This document shows positions 44,702 to 53,828 of a stretch of 64,000 nucleotides of DNA, piece by piece. How positions within the stretch are numbered: the first letter of the stretch is position 1; each line of letters starts with the position of its first letter. This DNA is from Armatimonadota bacterium. Its GTDB lineage: Bacteria; Armatimonadota; Fimbriimonadia; Fimbriimonadales; Fimbriimonadaceae. The position numbers and the translations under genes were made by a program. The notes below the pieces were generated by a model that was not told the DNA's origin, searched no databases, and was given only the letters and a program-made list of their open reading frames with translations. The stretch spans positions 567,295 through 631,294 of the forward strand of contig JAFDWU010000001.1 of assembly GCA_018268315.1 (NCBI GenBank), in the 5' to 3' direction.

Positions 44702-45693
44702 TAATAATCCTCGTCGTCGTCATCAAGCAGGTCAACCGCTCGGTAGCCACCCTTCGGCGGCTTCAGTTCCAGGCCGTGCTCTCGCAGCTTGTCGCGCACT
44801 TCAACCAACGACTTCTTGCCAAAGCCGCGGATGCTGGTGAGATCCGATTCGGTGGCGATTGCCAACGCTTTCAAATTAAGCAGACCCGCTCGGCGAAGGC
44901 AGTTGAACGTTCTCTGCGAGAAGTCAAGCTCTTCGATGCGGATGTCCGGAACGTTCTTCACATCGTCGGTGTATTCGGTCTCGTCGCCGAGGTCGGCCTC
45001 AAAGCCGGCCGCGCCGAGATCGAAGAACATTCGGAAATACTTGTCAAGGATGTGAGCGGACTGGCTCACGGCGTCGTTCGGTCGAATCGCGCCGTTGGTC
45101 CAGATGTCCATCACAAGCCGCTCATAGTCCGTGCGCATTCCAACGCGGGTGGATTCGACGGTGTAGTTCACCTTCTTCACCGGCGTGTACTGAGCGCCGC
45201 AAGGAATAACGCCGATCATGCCGCGATACTTCTCTTGCTTATCCGGAGCGGTGTAGCCAACGCCCCAGCCAACGTACATCTCCATGGAGAGAGTGGCCTT
45301 CGCGTCGCTAATCGTTGCGATGTAAACCTCAGGGTTCACCACTTCCACGCCCGGGGGGCACTGGATGTCGGCGCCCGTCACTCGGCCAGGACCGGTTACT
45401 TCGATGCGAAGCGTCTGGTCGTCGGGGGCAGTGTTGCCTTCGAACTCAAACCGGATGGCAATATCCTTAAGGTTGAGCAGAAGCTGGGTGGTGTCTTCTT
45501 TCACGCCAGGAATCGGCGCGAACTCATGGAATACCTTGTCGATGCGGACGGCGCTGATGCCTACGCCCTGGATGGACGAGAGCAACACACGGCGCAGCGC
45601 ATTTCCAATGGTCGAACCGTAACCGCGCTCAAGCGGTTCCAGAACGAACTTTCCATATTCCTGATTCAGATCGAGAGTAGAAATGTGCGGCAT
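44701..45693 (-). CDS. rpoA: DNA-directed RNA polymerase subunit alpha
   Basis: GYGSTIGNALRRVLLSSIQG. C-terminal domain LDFSQRTFNCLRRAGLLNLKALA. 1-nt stop/start overlap with rplQ. Confidence 0.96.
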   Translation of the reverse strand: MPHISTLDLNQEYGKFVLEPLERGYGSTIGNALRRVLLSSIQGVGISAVRIDKVFHEFAPIPGVKEDTTQLLLNLKDIAIRFEFEGNTAPDDQTLRIEVTGPGRVTGADIQCPPGVEVVNPEVYIATISDAKATLSMEMYVGWGVGYTAPDKQEKYRGMIGVIPCGAQYTPVKKVNYTVESTRVGMRTDYERLVMDIWTNGAIRPNDAVSQSAHILDKYFRMFFDLGAAGFEADLGDETEYTDDVKNVPDIRIEELDFSQRTFNCLRRAGLLNLKALAIATESDLTSIRGFGKKSLVEVRDKLREHGLELKPPKGGYRAVDLLDDDDEDY

Positions 45694-45717
45694 AGGTTTC
45701 TTCTTTAATACGAAAAC

Positions 45718-46107
45718 TTAGACTCGGCGTCGCTTCGGCGGTCGGCAGCCGTTGTGCGGAACCGCAGTGATGTCGCAGATACCGGTGACTTCCAGCCCGC
45801 TGGCAGAAAGCGAGCGGATAGCGGTCTCTCGGCCGCCTCCTGGTCCGCGAACGAAAACTTCGATCTTACGAAGGCCATGCTCCTGGGCTGCTCGGCTTGC
45901 CTTTTCAGCAGCGACTTGAGCGGCGAACGGCGTACCTTTGCGGCTTCCCTTGAAGTTGCACGCGCCGGCGCTGCAAGCAGCGATCGCGTTACCCTGCGGA
46001 TCAGTAATCGTAATGATCGTGTTGTTGAAGGTGGCGTATATGTGCGCCGCTCCAGCAGGAATATTCTTCTTCTCTTTGACTTTGCCTTTAACTTGCTTTC
46101 TTGCCAT
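45718..46107 (-). CDS. rpsK: 30S ribosomal protein S11
   Basis: [23 protein letters not shown]...[11 protein letters not shown]...[13 protein letters not shown]. Confidence 0.96.
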   Translation of the reverse strand: MARKQVKGKVKEKKNIPAGAAHIYATFNNTIITITDPQGNAIAACSAGACNFKGSRKGTPFAAQVAAEKASRAAQEHGLRKIEVFVRGPGGGRETAIRSLSASGLEVTGICDITAVPHNGCRPPKRRRV

Positions 46108-46120
46108 GGGTGGTTACGCC

Positions 46121-46498
46121 TTACTTCTTAGCCTTCTTCTTACCGGCAACCGTCTTAGCCGGACCCTTTCGAGTTCGGGCATTGCTGCGAGTGCGCTGGC
46201 CGCGGGTCGGAAGACCTCGGCGGTGCCGAACGCCGCGATAGCAGTTGATTTCGATGAGGCGGCGGATATTGCCCTGAACCTCGCGGCGAAGGTCGCCTTC
46301 AACCTGGAAATCGCTTTCAATAATGGTGCGGAGATGCGCAACATCCTGATCGGAAAGGTCCTTCACCTTGGTGCGGGGGTCAACGCCCGCCTTCTCGATG
46401 ATTTCGGCTGCGTTCTTGCGGCCGATTCCGTACAGGATGGGCAAGGCGTAAAGAATAGCCTTGTCGCGTGGAAGATCAATACCTGAAATTCGTGCCAT
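46121..46498 (-). CDS. rpsM: 30S ribosomal protein S13
   Basis: [26 protein letters not shown]...[27 protein letters not shown]. Confidence 0.96.
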   Translation of the reverse strand: MARISGIDLPRDKAILYALPILYGIGRKNAAEIIEKAGVDPRTKVKDLSDQDVAHLRTIIESDFQVEGDLRREVQGNIRRLIEINCYRGVRHRRGLPTRGQRTRSNARTRKGPAKTVAGKKKAKK

Positions 46499-46521
46499 GC
46501 TTGTTTGCTTTCTCCGTCAGA

Positions 46522-46635
46522 TCAGCCTTGGCGTTGCTTATGCTTGGCGTTCACACAAATCACCCGCACAACTCCCTTGCGCTTGATGATCTTGCACTTG
46601 TCGCACATCTTTTTGACGCTGGCTCTAACTTTCAT
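46522..46635 (-). CDS. rpmJ: 50S ribosomal protein L36
   Basis: Internal start in ORF 46522..46734: [37 protein letters not shown] (37 aa, C-x2-C...C...H zinc ribbon). Confidence 0.93.
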   Translation of the reverse strand: MKVRASVKKMCDKCKIIKRKGVVRVICVNAKHKQRQG

Positions 46636-46897
46636 CTCCGTTTTTGTTCTCCGATCCGTCTTAGCAACTGAAGCAGGTCCGTCCGGACCCGTTAACGCGT
46701 TGCGCTGTCTGACGCAAGAGCGGATTATACCCACGTTGAATTCTGATTGCGCCAGTTCTGAAAGGGAATTTCGCCATCAGAGCCTCGGCAGCCGCGAAAA
46801 GCATTTCTACGCGCTGGTCCCAAACGCAACGATCTCTTAACAGCGTCCTCTGTATGATATTGGATGTGCCTGCAAATGTGCTGGCCTGGAGAATGAA

Positions 46898-47299
46898 ATG
46901 CCTAAAGTTAATCACTTTGAAATTCCTGCAGATGACACCTCGCGAGCAACCGAGTTCTATAAGAACGTCTTTGGCTGGCAGTTCCAGCAGTGGGGCGATC
47001 AGCCTTACTTCCTGACCCGAGCAGGCGATGATGACGAGCCCGGCGCTGGCGGCGCGATCACGACGCGAAGCGAAACGAACAAGTACCCTGTGCTGGTTCT
47101 GAACGTTGCCAACATCGATGAGTCAATCAAGCAGATCGGAACGAAGGGCGGCAAAATCGTGATGGATAAGATGCCGATTCCGACGATGGGATGGTTTGCC
47201 TACTTCACGGACACGGAAGGCAACACCATGGGCGTGTTCCAAATGGATCCAACCGCGCCGGACAGCGAATCCGCAATCAGCGAAACCGCAAGCGTTTAG
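46898..47299 (+). CDS. VOC (glyoxalase/bleomycin-resistance/dioxygenase) family protein
   Basis: VNHFEIPADDTSRATEFYKNVFGWQF...MGWFAYFTDTEGNTMGVFQMD. SD GGAGAA. Confidence 0.8.
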   Translation: MPKVNHFEIPADDTSRATEFYKNVFGWQFQQWGDQPYFLTRAGDDDEPGAGGAITTRSETNKYPVLVLNVANIDESIKQIGTKGGKIVMDKMPIPTMGWFAYFTDTEGNTMGVFQMDPTAPDSESAISETASV

Positions 47300-47302
47300 C
47301 TT

Positions 47303-47554
47303 CTACTTGAAGCGATAGGTGATGCGGCCCAGCGTGAGATCGTAAGGCGAAACCTCAACTCTCACACGGTCGCCAGGCAGGATGCGGATGTAATGCATTC
47401 GCATCTTGCCGCTAACATGAGCGAGCAATTCCATGCCGCCTTCATCCAGCTTGACTCGAAATCGGGCGTTCGGGAGGTTCTCAGTGACCACTCCATCGAG
47501 CTCTATGCCCTTTTCCTTGTCCAGTTCCTTATTGTGAATCTTGCGTCTCGCCAT
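47303..47554 (-). CDS. infA: translation initiation factor IF-1
   Basis: [67 protein letters not shown]. Confidence 0.95.
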   Translation of the reverse strand: MARRKIHNKELDKEKGIELDGVVTENLPNARFRVKLDEGGMELLAHVSGKMRMHYIRILPGDRVRVEVSPYDLTLGRITYRFK

Positions 47555-47622
47555 ATTGGGTTGGTGCTATTAGTTTAGCCGAATTGGCCGGGCTCCATGA
47601 AACTCAGCGGTAAACTCGACCC

Positions 47623-48081
47623 ATGCCTTCGGTCGATGTATCGATCCTGATCAACGCTCCCGTTGAAACCGTCTACGCGATTGCGAAAGACAGCCGTTCC
47701 TTCCCCGACTTCATGAAAGATGTCCAGTCGGTGACCCCGATCGAGGAAGACGGCAACCGCTTCGTCGCCGAATGGGTAGGTCTCATCCCTCAGTTCATGC
47801 TGAAAGTTCGCTGGACTCAGGAAGACCTTTGGAACGATGCCGAGCACTCCTGCCACTTCCGGCAGCTAAAGGGCGATTACGACAAACTGGAAGGAACCTG
47901 GCATTTCACCGCCCAGGATGGCGGAACGATGTTCGTCACCCATCTGGATTACGAATACAACGTGCCCACGCTTGGCGCGCTCGTGAAGAAGGTCATCCAC
48001 ACCATCGTGGTTAAGAACCTGGACGGCATCAATCAGGCGATCAAGAACCGAGCGGAGTCCCAGGTCGCTGCTTCTCGCTGA
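47623..48081 (+). CDS. SRPBCC (START/RatA/polyketide-cyclase-like) family protein
   Basis: VDVSILINAPVETVYAIAKDSRSFPDFMKDVQSV...LEGTWHF is the typical SRPBCC N-terminal pattern. Confidence 0.7.
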   Translation: MPSVDVSILINAPVETVYAIAKDSRSFPDFMKDVQSVTPIEEDGNRFVAEWVGLIPQFMLKVRWTQEDLWNDAEHSCHFRQLKGDYDKLEGTWHFTAQDGGTMFVTHLDYEYNVPTLGALVKKVIHTIVVKNLDGINQAIKNRAESQVAASR

Positions 48082-48940
48082 TCGCTTCTAGAAATCGATC
48101 CAGCGCCGCGAAGTACCGAACCGGGTCGGTCCACCGCCCCTCGGCGTGACCCGCGCCCGGGAACCATTCCACCGTCGCTTCGCCTTTGCAAGCCGCCAAA
48201 TTCTCCCGGCATTGATCGGGTGTCGCTAGCGGATCGCAGTCCCCGTGGATAAACATCACCGGACCCTCAAACTGCGATAAGGCCGCCGTAACATCCACCG
48301 TTCGCGGATTGATACCAGTCAGAAGCCGAGAGAAAACGATAACTGGCTTGCAAAACCAGAAAGCGAACTCCCCGCCGACAAACCGCCACCAACCCGGCAC
48401 CGCAACCGCCAGGTTCGAATAAGCGCCGTCAAGAACCAGCGCTTCCGCTAGCGAGGCGTCCCGACCACACGCCAAAGCCCCCGCCGCCGCGCCCATGCTG
48501 CTGCCGATAACCATGATCTTCGCGCCAGGCGCCTTGGCGCGAACCCAGCGGCAAGCCGCAACCACGTCCGCCATTTCATCCAAGCCGATCGTGCAGCGCC
48601 GGCCCCGGCTCCGCCCGTGGCACCGAAAATCAAAGAGCAAACACGGCAAGCCCTTCCTATTCAAATATGCGGCGGTGCCGGAAAGCTCAGACCGGTTCAT
48701 CAAATATCCGTGAGCCAAAACCGCAACCCATTCTTTGCTTTCGCCGGGAATCCACCAAGTTGCAAGCGAAACGCCGTCATCCGTCACCAGTTCGACATCC
48801 TCCTGCTGGGTTCCCAGATAGCCGGGCGAGAGGAACAACGGAGTGCGGACCGGATGCAGCGTCAGCCAGGAAATCCCGGCTTGCATCAGCAAGTAAATAA
48901 CGACGATTGCGGCAATTAGCCAGATGACGAAGATGATCAA
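48041..48940 (-). CDS. membrane-anchored alpha/beta hydrolase
   Basis: N-terminal TM segment. HGYLMNRSE, nucleophile elbow GSSMG, and a C-terminal GAGHAE block. Confidence 0.75.
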   Translation of the reverse strand: MIIFVIWLIAAIVVIYLLMQAGISWLTLHPVRTPLFLSPGYLGTQQEDVELVTDDGVSLATWWIPGESKEWVAVLAHGYLMNRSELSGTAAYLNRKGLPCLLFDFRCHGRSRGRRCTIGLDEMADVVAACRWVRAKAPGAKIMVIGSSMGAAAGALACGRDASLAEALVLDGAYSNLAVAVPGWWRFVGGEFAFWFCKPVIVFSRLLTGINPRTVDVTAALSQFEGPVMFIHGDCDPLATPDQCRENLAACKGEATVEWFPGAGHAEGRWTDPVRYFAALDRFLEAISEKQRPGTPLGS

Positions 48941-48994
48941 GACCTCCCGAGCCGAGCGTTTTTATCGTGCTTTCCTGAATAATAGAGGTCCGAC

Positions 48995-49342
48995 ATGTTC
49001 GCGCTTAACTTTTATTCTGATCTGTATGGCGATGTCCTACGCAATCACCGCAAAACGGTTTCTATCCGCCTCGGCGATAAGCGAGAGAAATATCACGAAG
49101 GCAGCATTGTGTGGGTCACCATCGGTCCCCGCTTTGGCCGCCGCCAAAAGCTTTACTCTGCGATCCTGGACCGCGTAGAAGTCAAGAAGGTCAGCGAGCT
49201 ATCGCCGCGCGATATCGAGCGCGAGAACCCCGAATTCCGAACCCAGAACGACGTGCTGGAAATGCTCTCCCGCATTTACGGCAACCTGATCACGCCTGAG
49301 CACACCGTCACCGTGGTCTATTTCAGCCGGGTGGATGAGTAA
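48995..49342 (+). CDS. ASCH (PUA-like) domain protein
   Basis: LRNHRKTVSIRLGDKREKYHEGSIVWV...LDRVEVKKVSELSPRDIERE is the pattern I associate with ASCH domains. 1-nt overlap with thyX (TAATG). Confidence 0.5.
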   Translation: MFALNFYSDLYGDVLRNHRKTVSIRLGDKREKYHEGSIVWVTIGPRFGRRQKLYSAILDRVEVKKVSELSPRDIERENPEFRTQNDVLEMLSRIYGNLITPEHTVTVVYFSRVDE

Positions 49343-50217
49343 TGGCCCGCTCCGTTTCTGAAGAAGCCGACGCCCTGCTGGATCAAGAAATCAAAGTCCT
49401 GGACAAGGGCTTCGTCCGCCTCGTCGATTACGTCGGCAACGATCAGCGCATCGTTCAATCAGCCCGAGTCTCCTACGGCGCGGGCACCAAAACGGTGCGC
49501 GAAGACCGCGGACTGATCCACTACCTCATCCGCAATTGGCACACTTCGCCCTTTGAACAGGTCAGCCTGACTTTCCACTGCAAAATGCCTATCTTCGTGG
49601 CCCGGCAGTGGGTGCGCCACCGTACGGCCAAATTAAACGAAATCTCGGGCCGCTACTCGGTGATGCGCGACGAGTTTTATCTGCCTGATCTGGACCAGAT
49701 TCGCTTCCAAAGCGCCCGCAACAAGCAGGGCCGCGCAGATGAGCCCCTCCCCACCGACGACGCTGCCAAGGTTCTCAAGCAGATGGAGGACGAGCAAAAG
49801 GCGCTCTACCAAGGCTACGAGAGCCTGCTGGAGCAGGGCGTCGCCCGCGAGCTTGCCCGTGTGAACCTACCGAACTCGCTTTACACCGAGTGGTACTGGA
49901 CCATCGACCTTCACAACCTGTTCCACTTCCTGCGGCTGCGGCTAGACGCCCACGCCCAATACGAAATCCGCGTTTACGCCGAAGCGCTTGCCAAATGCGC
50001 GAAGGCGGTCGCCCCGCTTGCCTACGAGGCGTTCGAGGAACACATCCTCGGCTCCGTCACCTTCAGCCAGAAGGAGTGCCAGGCGCTTGCGCGCCTGCTA
50101 AGCGGCAAGGATGCCGGACTTGAGGGCCGCCCGCTTCTCATCTTCGAAGAAAAGCTGGAGAAGATGCGCGAGGCAATGCCCGCAGAAGCACCGGAAGAGT
50201 TCGTTCCCCAAGGCTAA
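49342..50217 (+). CDS. thyX: FAD-dependent thymidylate synthase
   Basis: ThyX signature WVRHRTAKLNEISGRYS (RHRxxSxxxxSxRY-type). FHFLRLRLDAHAQYEIRVYAE. Confidence 0.9.
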   Translation: MARSVSEEADALLDQEIKVLDKGFVRLVDYVGNDQRIVQSARVSYGAGTKTVREDRGLIHYLIRNWHTSPFEQVSLTFHCKMPIFVARQWVRHRTAKLNEISGRYSVMRDEFYLPDLDQIRFQSARNKQGRADEPLPTDDAAKVLKQMEDEQKALYQGYESLLEQGVARELARVNLPNSLYTEWYWTIDLHNLFHFLRLRLDAHAQYEIRVYAEALAKCAKAVAPLAYEAFEEHILGSVTFSQKECQALARLLSGKDAGLEGRPLLIFEEKLEKMREAMPAEAPEEFVPQG

Positions 50218-50288
50218 CCGAACCTACCGGGTGGGCAATACGTCTAGGGAAATCAGGCGAATCTGCCACAATTACGACTAGACGACTT

Positions 50289-51014
50289 ATGCTCGCCAGG
50301 TTCAAAGCTGCCATCTTCTTACTTGCCCCCCTCTCAGCAGGCTCCTTGCATGCGGAGAAGATCGTGCTTGGCAAGCTTGGCCAGACTCTGAAGCCGACCT
50401 TTATCTACTCCCGCCAGACCACAAAGTCGCGGGTGTATTACAAGCTGAAGTCTTACGAGTATGTGGTGGTGCGCCAGGCTCCGAATTCCAACTGGGCGGG
50501 AATCCTGCTCAGTAATGGCGCGGAGGGCTATGTGCCCGTGCAAACGGTGGCAACGCTTCCCTACCAAGTCACGTCCGAAAAGCCGGTTGCGCCAGCGCCG
50601 GGAGTGTCCACCCGCATGAATTACGGCGCGGGTTCTCGCGCCGGGTATCAGGTTGCAAGCCGGGCTCTTGAGTATGTGGGCCAGGTTCAGTACAAGTGGG
50701 GCGGCGAGTCGCTGACGAACGGCATCGACTGCTCTGGCTTTGTCAAGAAGATGTACGGCCAGGTTGCTGGCGTCGATCTGCCCCGAACCGCCGCCGAGCA
50801 GGCGCTGGTCGGCATGGCGATCACCCGCAAAGAGGATTTGCAGGCGGGCGATCGGCTCTACTTCTGGGACTCGAAGCGCGGCAAGATCGGCCACACCGGG
50901 ATCTATTTGGGCAACGGCTACTTCGTCCACTCCAGCCACGGCCACAACGGGGTCAGCACGGACGACCTCCGCGAGAATCGCTGGAGCCGCATTCTAGTCG
51001 CCGCTCGGCGCTAG
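50289..51014 (+). CDS. NlpC/P60 (C40) cell-wall peptidase with an N-terminal SH3-like region
   Basis: Signal peptide. YKWGGESLTNGIDCSGFVKKMY...GHTGIYLGNGYFVHSS (Cys/His catalytic pair). Confidence 0.88.
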   Translation: MLARFKAAIFLLAPLSAGSLHAEKIVLGKLGQTLKPTFIYSRQTTKSRVYYKLKSYEYVVVRQAPNSNWAGILLSNGAEGYVPVQTVATLPYQVTSEKPVAPAPGVSTRMNYGAGSRAGYQVASRALEYVGQVQYKWGGESLTNGIDCSGFVKKMYGQVAGVDLPRTAAEQALVGMAITRKEDLQAGDRLYFWDSKRGKIGHTGIYLGNGYFVHSSHGHNGVSTDDLRENRWSRILVAARR

Positions 51015-51018
51015 TTAA

Positions 51019-52185
51019 CTATTTCCCAACTGCGTAGAAAAAGTTGTCCTCGCTGCCGAAGTACAGCACACTGTTGTGGATAATCGCTCCGCCGACTATC
51101 CGCTCATCGGTGGCAAAGCCGCCGATTAGCTTGCCCGTTCCCGCGTTGAGAAGCAGCATCGTTCCGTAGAAGTCACCCGCAGCGAGGAAGTCGCCAAAGA
51201 TGTTGGGCGAGCTGAGAAAATTCGATGCGCCGGGCGAAGCGGTCTTCCACTTGAGCGCGCCATCTGCGGCGGAATAGGCGCGAATATCGTGCGCGTCAGA
51301 GGTCGTTACGATGACAAGGTCCTTGTAAGCGGCTGGGCCACCGATGATCCACGATCCGTTATCAGCTTGCGACATCCACACCTTGGCCCCGGTCTTTGCA
51401 TCCAGGGCGTACAGTCCCGAATCTCGCGAGCCGAAGTAAACCATCCCATTCGAAACCATCGGTGACGACTGGATTTCGCCCATCGGGAAATACTCGTTGC
51501 CGGTCGTCTTGAATTTCCATTTCAGGCTGCCGTCTTCCGCGTTCAGGCAATAGAGGTTCCCATCCATGCTGCCCAGGAAAACCGCGCCATCGGCATAAGC
51601 CGGGGTCGCTCGAATTCGGCCCTTGGTGGCAAAGGTCCACTTCACCCTGCCGGACGAGATATCGATAGCGCGGAGTATGCCGTCTCCCGCGCCGAAGTAA
51701 GCGGTATCGCCCTCGACCACCGCCGACGAGTGCTCGTACTCCCACATCCCGCTAGACATGATCTTTGGGTTCGCGGGAATTGGCTCGCCAAGCGGTAAGC
51801 GCCACTTCTCCTTGCCCTTCAGGTCGAGCGCGATGAAGAATTTGTCGCCTGCCTCGAACAGTATTCGGCCCTTGGTAATTGCCGCCGAGCTCTCCACTGG
51901 GCCGGGCGCGCTGTAATCCCACGCCTTCTTGCCGGTCGCCTCATCCAGGGCGTAGAAGCGGGCGTCGTCGCTCCCGAAATAAATTCGACCGTCGAGGATC
52001 GCCGGAGTTGAGCGGACCTTGCCGCCGGTTTCGAATTTCCACTTCAGTTTCCCAACCGGTCGGCCGCTTGCCGGATACGCGCCGGTGTGAGCGGCATCGC
52101 CCCGGAACATGATCGGCGTCTGGTCTGCAAACAAGGCAGCCGCCGCAAGCGGCAGGAGCAAAGAGAGGTTGGCCCGGAAAGTCAT
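51019..52185 (-). CDS. exported PQQ-like beta-propeller repeat protein (BamB-like fold)
   Basis: Signal peptide. Repeated G.VYFGS.DG.LYALDA.TGK.KW units. Confidence 0.8.
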   Translation of the reverse strand: MTFRANLSLLLPLAAAALFADQTPIMFRGDAAHTGAYPASGRPVGKLKWKFETGGKVRSTPAILDGRIYFGSDDARFYALDEATGKKAWDYSAPGPVESSAAITKGRILFEAGDKFFIALDLKGKEKWRLPLGEPIPANPKIMSSGMWEYEHSSAVVEGDTAYFGAGDGILRAIDISSGRVKWTFATKGRIRATPAYADGAVFLGSMDGNLYCLNAEDGSLKWKFKTTGNEYFPMGEIQSSPMVSNGMVYFGSRDSGLYALDAKTGAKVWMSQADNGSWIIGGPAAYKDLVIVTTSDAHDIRAYSAADGALKWKTASPGASNFLSSPNIFGDFLAAGDFYGTMLLLNAGTGKLIGGFATDERIVGGAIIHNSVLYFGSEDNFFYAVGK

Positions 52186-52302
52186 GTTCGGATTATGGAA
52201 GTGCGACTCCTGAAGTGAAACCCACAGTCGGCGTTTTCCAAAGGATCACAGGTCTTTGAAATTCCAACTTGGACGAGACTACAGTTTGAACTCGTCCAGC
52301 CG

Positions 52303-52827
52303 TTAGAACCCAAGCCCAGGAGTCCGCACCGACTCCCAAAGAACTTCTGGATTTGCTGCCCGCAGAGCATCGGCGTAATCACTTCGCGCCACGAGAACAT
52401 AGGTCGAGGGTAGCAAGCCACTGGGCAAGATGAGCGGAGTTGCAGCCCGGCAACAGCCGACACCCCGAAGCCTTCTAAAAATTAGCTTGCCAAGCGGCGG
52501 CTCAAAAACGAATGCAGCAACAAGAGAAAGTAAAGGCGGCGTCCAAGACGACTCGTTTAGTGCGTTGAAGCCTATGTAGCGCAACCAGTAATAAGCTAGA
52601 ACAAACTCCACGAGAACATATATGGCGCCAAATGCGAAGAAACACCACAGCTTCTCCGCCCGCTCGTGCTCCAAGCACTGGCTGCAGTAGGGGACTTCAA
52701 AGTGTCTGACCTTTTTGATCGTATCGGTTGCGTTACCGCAGCATGGGCATATCCGAGGGAACTTCAGGCCCCGAAGCGCCTTAGCTGAGAGTTTGAAGGT
52801 GAAAAACCTCTTGATCTCTGGATACAT
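52303..52827 (-). CDS. hypothetical zinc-ribbon membrane protein
   Basis: CPCCG...x16...CSQC zinc-ribbon-like N-terminus followed by two hydrophobic helices. It lies in a visibly lower-GC patch. No homolog recognised. Confidence 0.4.
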   Translation of the reverse strand: MYPEIKRFFTFKLSAKALRGLKFPRICPCCGNATDTIKKVRHFEVPYCSQCLEHERAEKLWCFFAFGAIYVLVEFVLAYYWLRYIGFNALNESSWTPPLLSLVAAFVFEPPLGKLIFRRLRGVGCCRAATPLILPSGLLPSTYVLVARSDYADALRAANPEVLWESVRTPGLGF

Positions 52828-52916
52828 ATCAAAAGCCAGACCTAGACGTCATAAAGCGTGGCAAGACGTTTCAACCATTCGGACCAGTAACCCGATCCTC
52901 GTGCCCTATCTTATCA

Positions 52917-53813
52917 CTACAGGCTGCTAAACGCGGTCTCTTCCGAATTCGCCAGCTTCAGCAGATACTTGCCGTACCCATTTCCGCTCAGGTCATTTCC
53001 AAGATGAGTCAGCTCGGAGCGAGAGATCCACTGCTGCCGATAGGCGATCTCTTCCGGGCAGGCGATCATGAAGCCCTGCCGCGATTCCACCGTCTGCACG
53101 AAGTTCGCCGCATGAAGCAGGTCCTCGTGGCGGCCGGTATCCAGCCAAGCATAGCCGCGACCAAGAATCTGCACGCTCAGGTTCCCCTGCTCAAGATAGA
53201 GCCGATTCAAATCCGTGATCTCAAGCTGACCCCGAGCGGAGGGCTTCAGCGATTTCGCCAGCGAAACCACCTGCTGGTCGTAAAAATAGAGCCCTGTCAC
53301 CGCGTAATTGGAGCGCGGATTTGCCGGTTTCTCCTCCAGCGAAATCGCCCTGCCATCGCGGTCGAACTCCACCACGCCATACTCGCGGGCGTCGTCCACG
53401 TGATACGCAAACACCACCGCGCCCTCGTCCAGCATCGCCGCCTGCTGCACATGCTGCTGCAAGCCGTGGCCGTAAAAAATGTTGTCGCCAAGAATCAGCG
53501 CGCACCCATCGCCCGCCACGAACTCCTCTCCAACCAGGAACGCCTGGGCGAGTCCGCCGGGATCGGGCTGCACCACCCATGTGATCTTAATTCCCCACTG
53601 CGAGCCGTCTCCCAGCAGCTTCTTGAACGCCGCCTGATCGTCGGGCGCGGTGATCATGCAGATTTCGCGGATGCCGCCAAGCATCAGTACACTTAGCGGG
53701 TAGTAGATCATCGGCTTGTTGTAGACGGGCATCAATTGCTTGCTCACCGCCTTGGTGAGCGGATAAAGGCGTGTGCCGAGTCCGCCTGCCAGGATAATGC
53801 CCTTCTTAACCAT
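52917..53813 (-). CDS. rfbA: glucose-1-phosphate thymidylyltransferase
   Basis: [48 protein letters not shown] ... YAWLDTG. Confidence 0.93.
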   Translation of the reverse strand: MVKKGIILAGGLGTRLYPLTKAVSKQLMPVYNKPMIYYPLSVLMLGGIREICMITAPDDQAAFKKLLGDGSQWGIKITWVVQPDPGGLAQAFLVGEEFVAGDGCALILGDNIFYGHGLQQHVQQAAMLDEGAVVFAYHVDDAREYGVVEFDRDGRAISLEEKPANPRSNYAVTGLYFYDQQVVSLAKSLKPSARGQLEITDLNRLYLEQGNLSVQILGRGYAWLDTGRHEDLLHAANFVQTVESRQGFMIACPEEIAYRQQWISRSELTHLGNDLSGNGYGKYLLKLANSEETAFSSL

Positions 53814-53828
53814 CGCTGAAAATCCTAC

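Noticed and set aside
46636-46897. 262-nt gap upstream of rpmJ as a possible ncRNA (I checked for SRP-RNA-like GGUCCGG motifs).
   Set aside because: It contains only a plausible minus-strand -10 box (TATAAT, 46724-46729) and two short hairpins. It has no SRP, 6S or RNase P signature and is best explained as the rpmJ operon promoter/leader plus the VOC gene promoter.
50218-50288. Possible c-di-AMP (ydaO-type) riboswitch upstream of the NlpC/P60 peptidase gene, a common association.
   Set aside because: The gap is only 71 nt, too short for the ~130-150-nt ydaO fold, and I could not see its conserved pseudo-two-fold helices.
51074-51082. DnaA-box-like TGTGGATAA.
   Set aside because: It is a single copy inside the PQQ-propeller coding sequence. 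There is no cluster, no AT-rich DUE and no dnaA/dnaN nearby, so this is not an origin.
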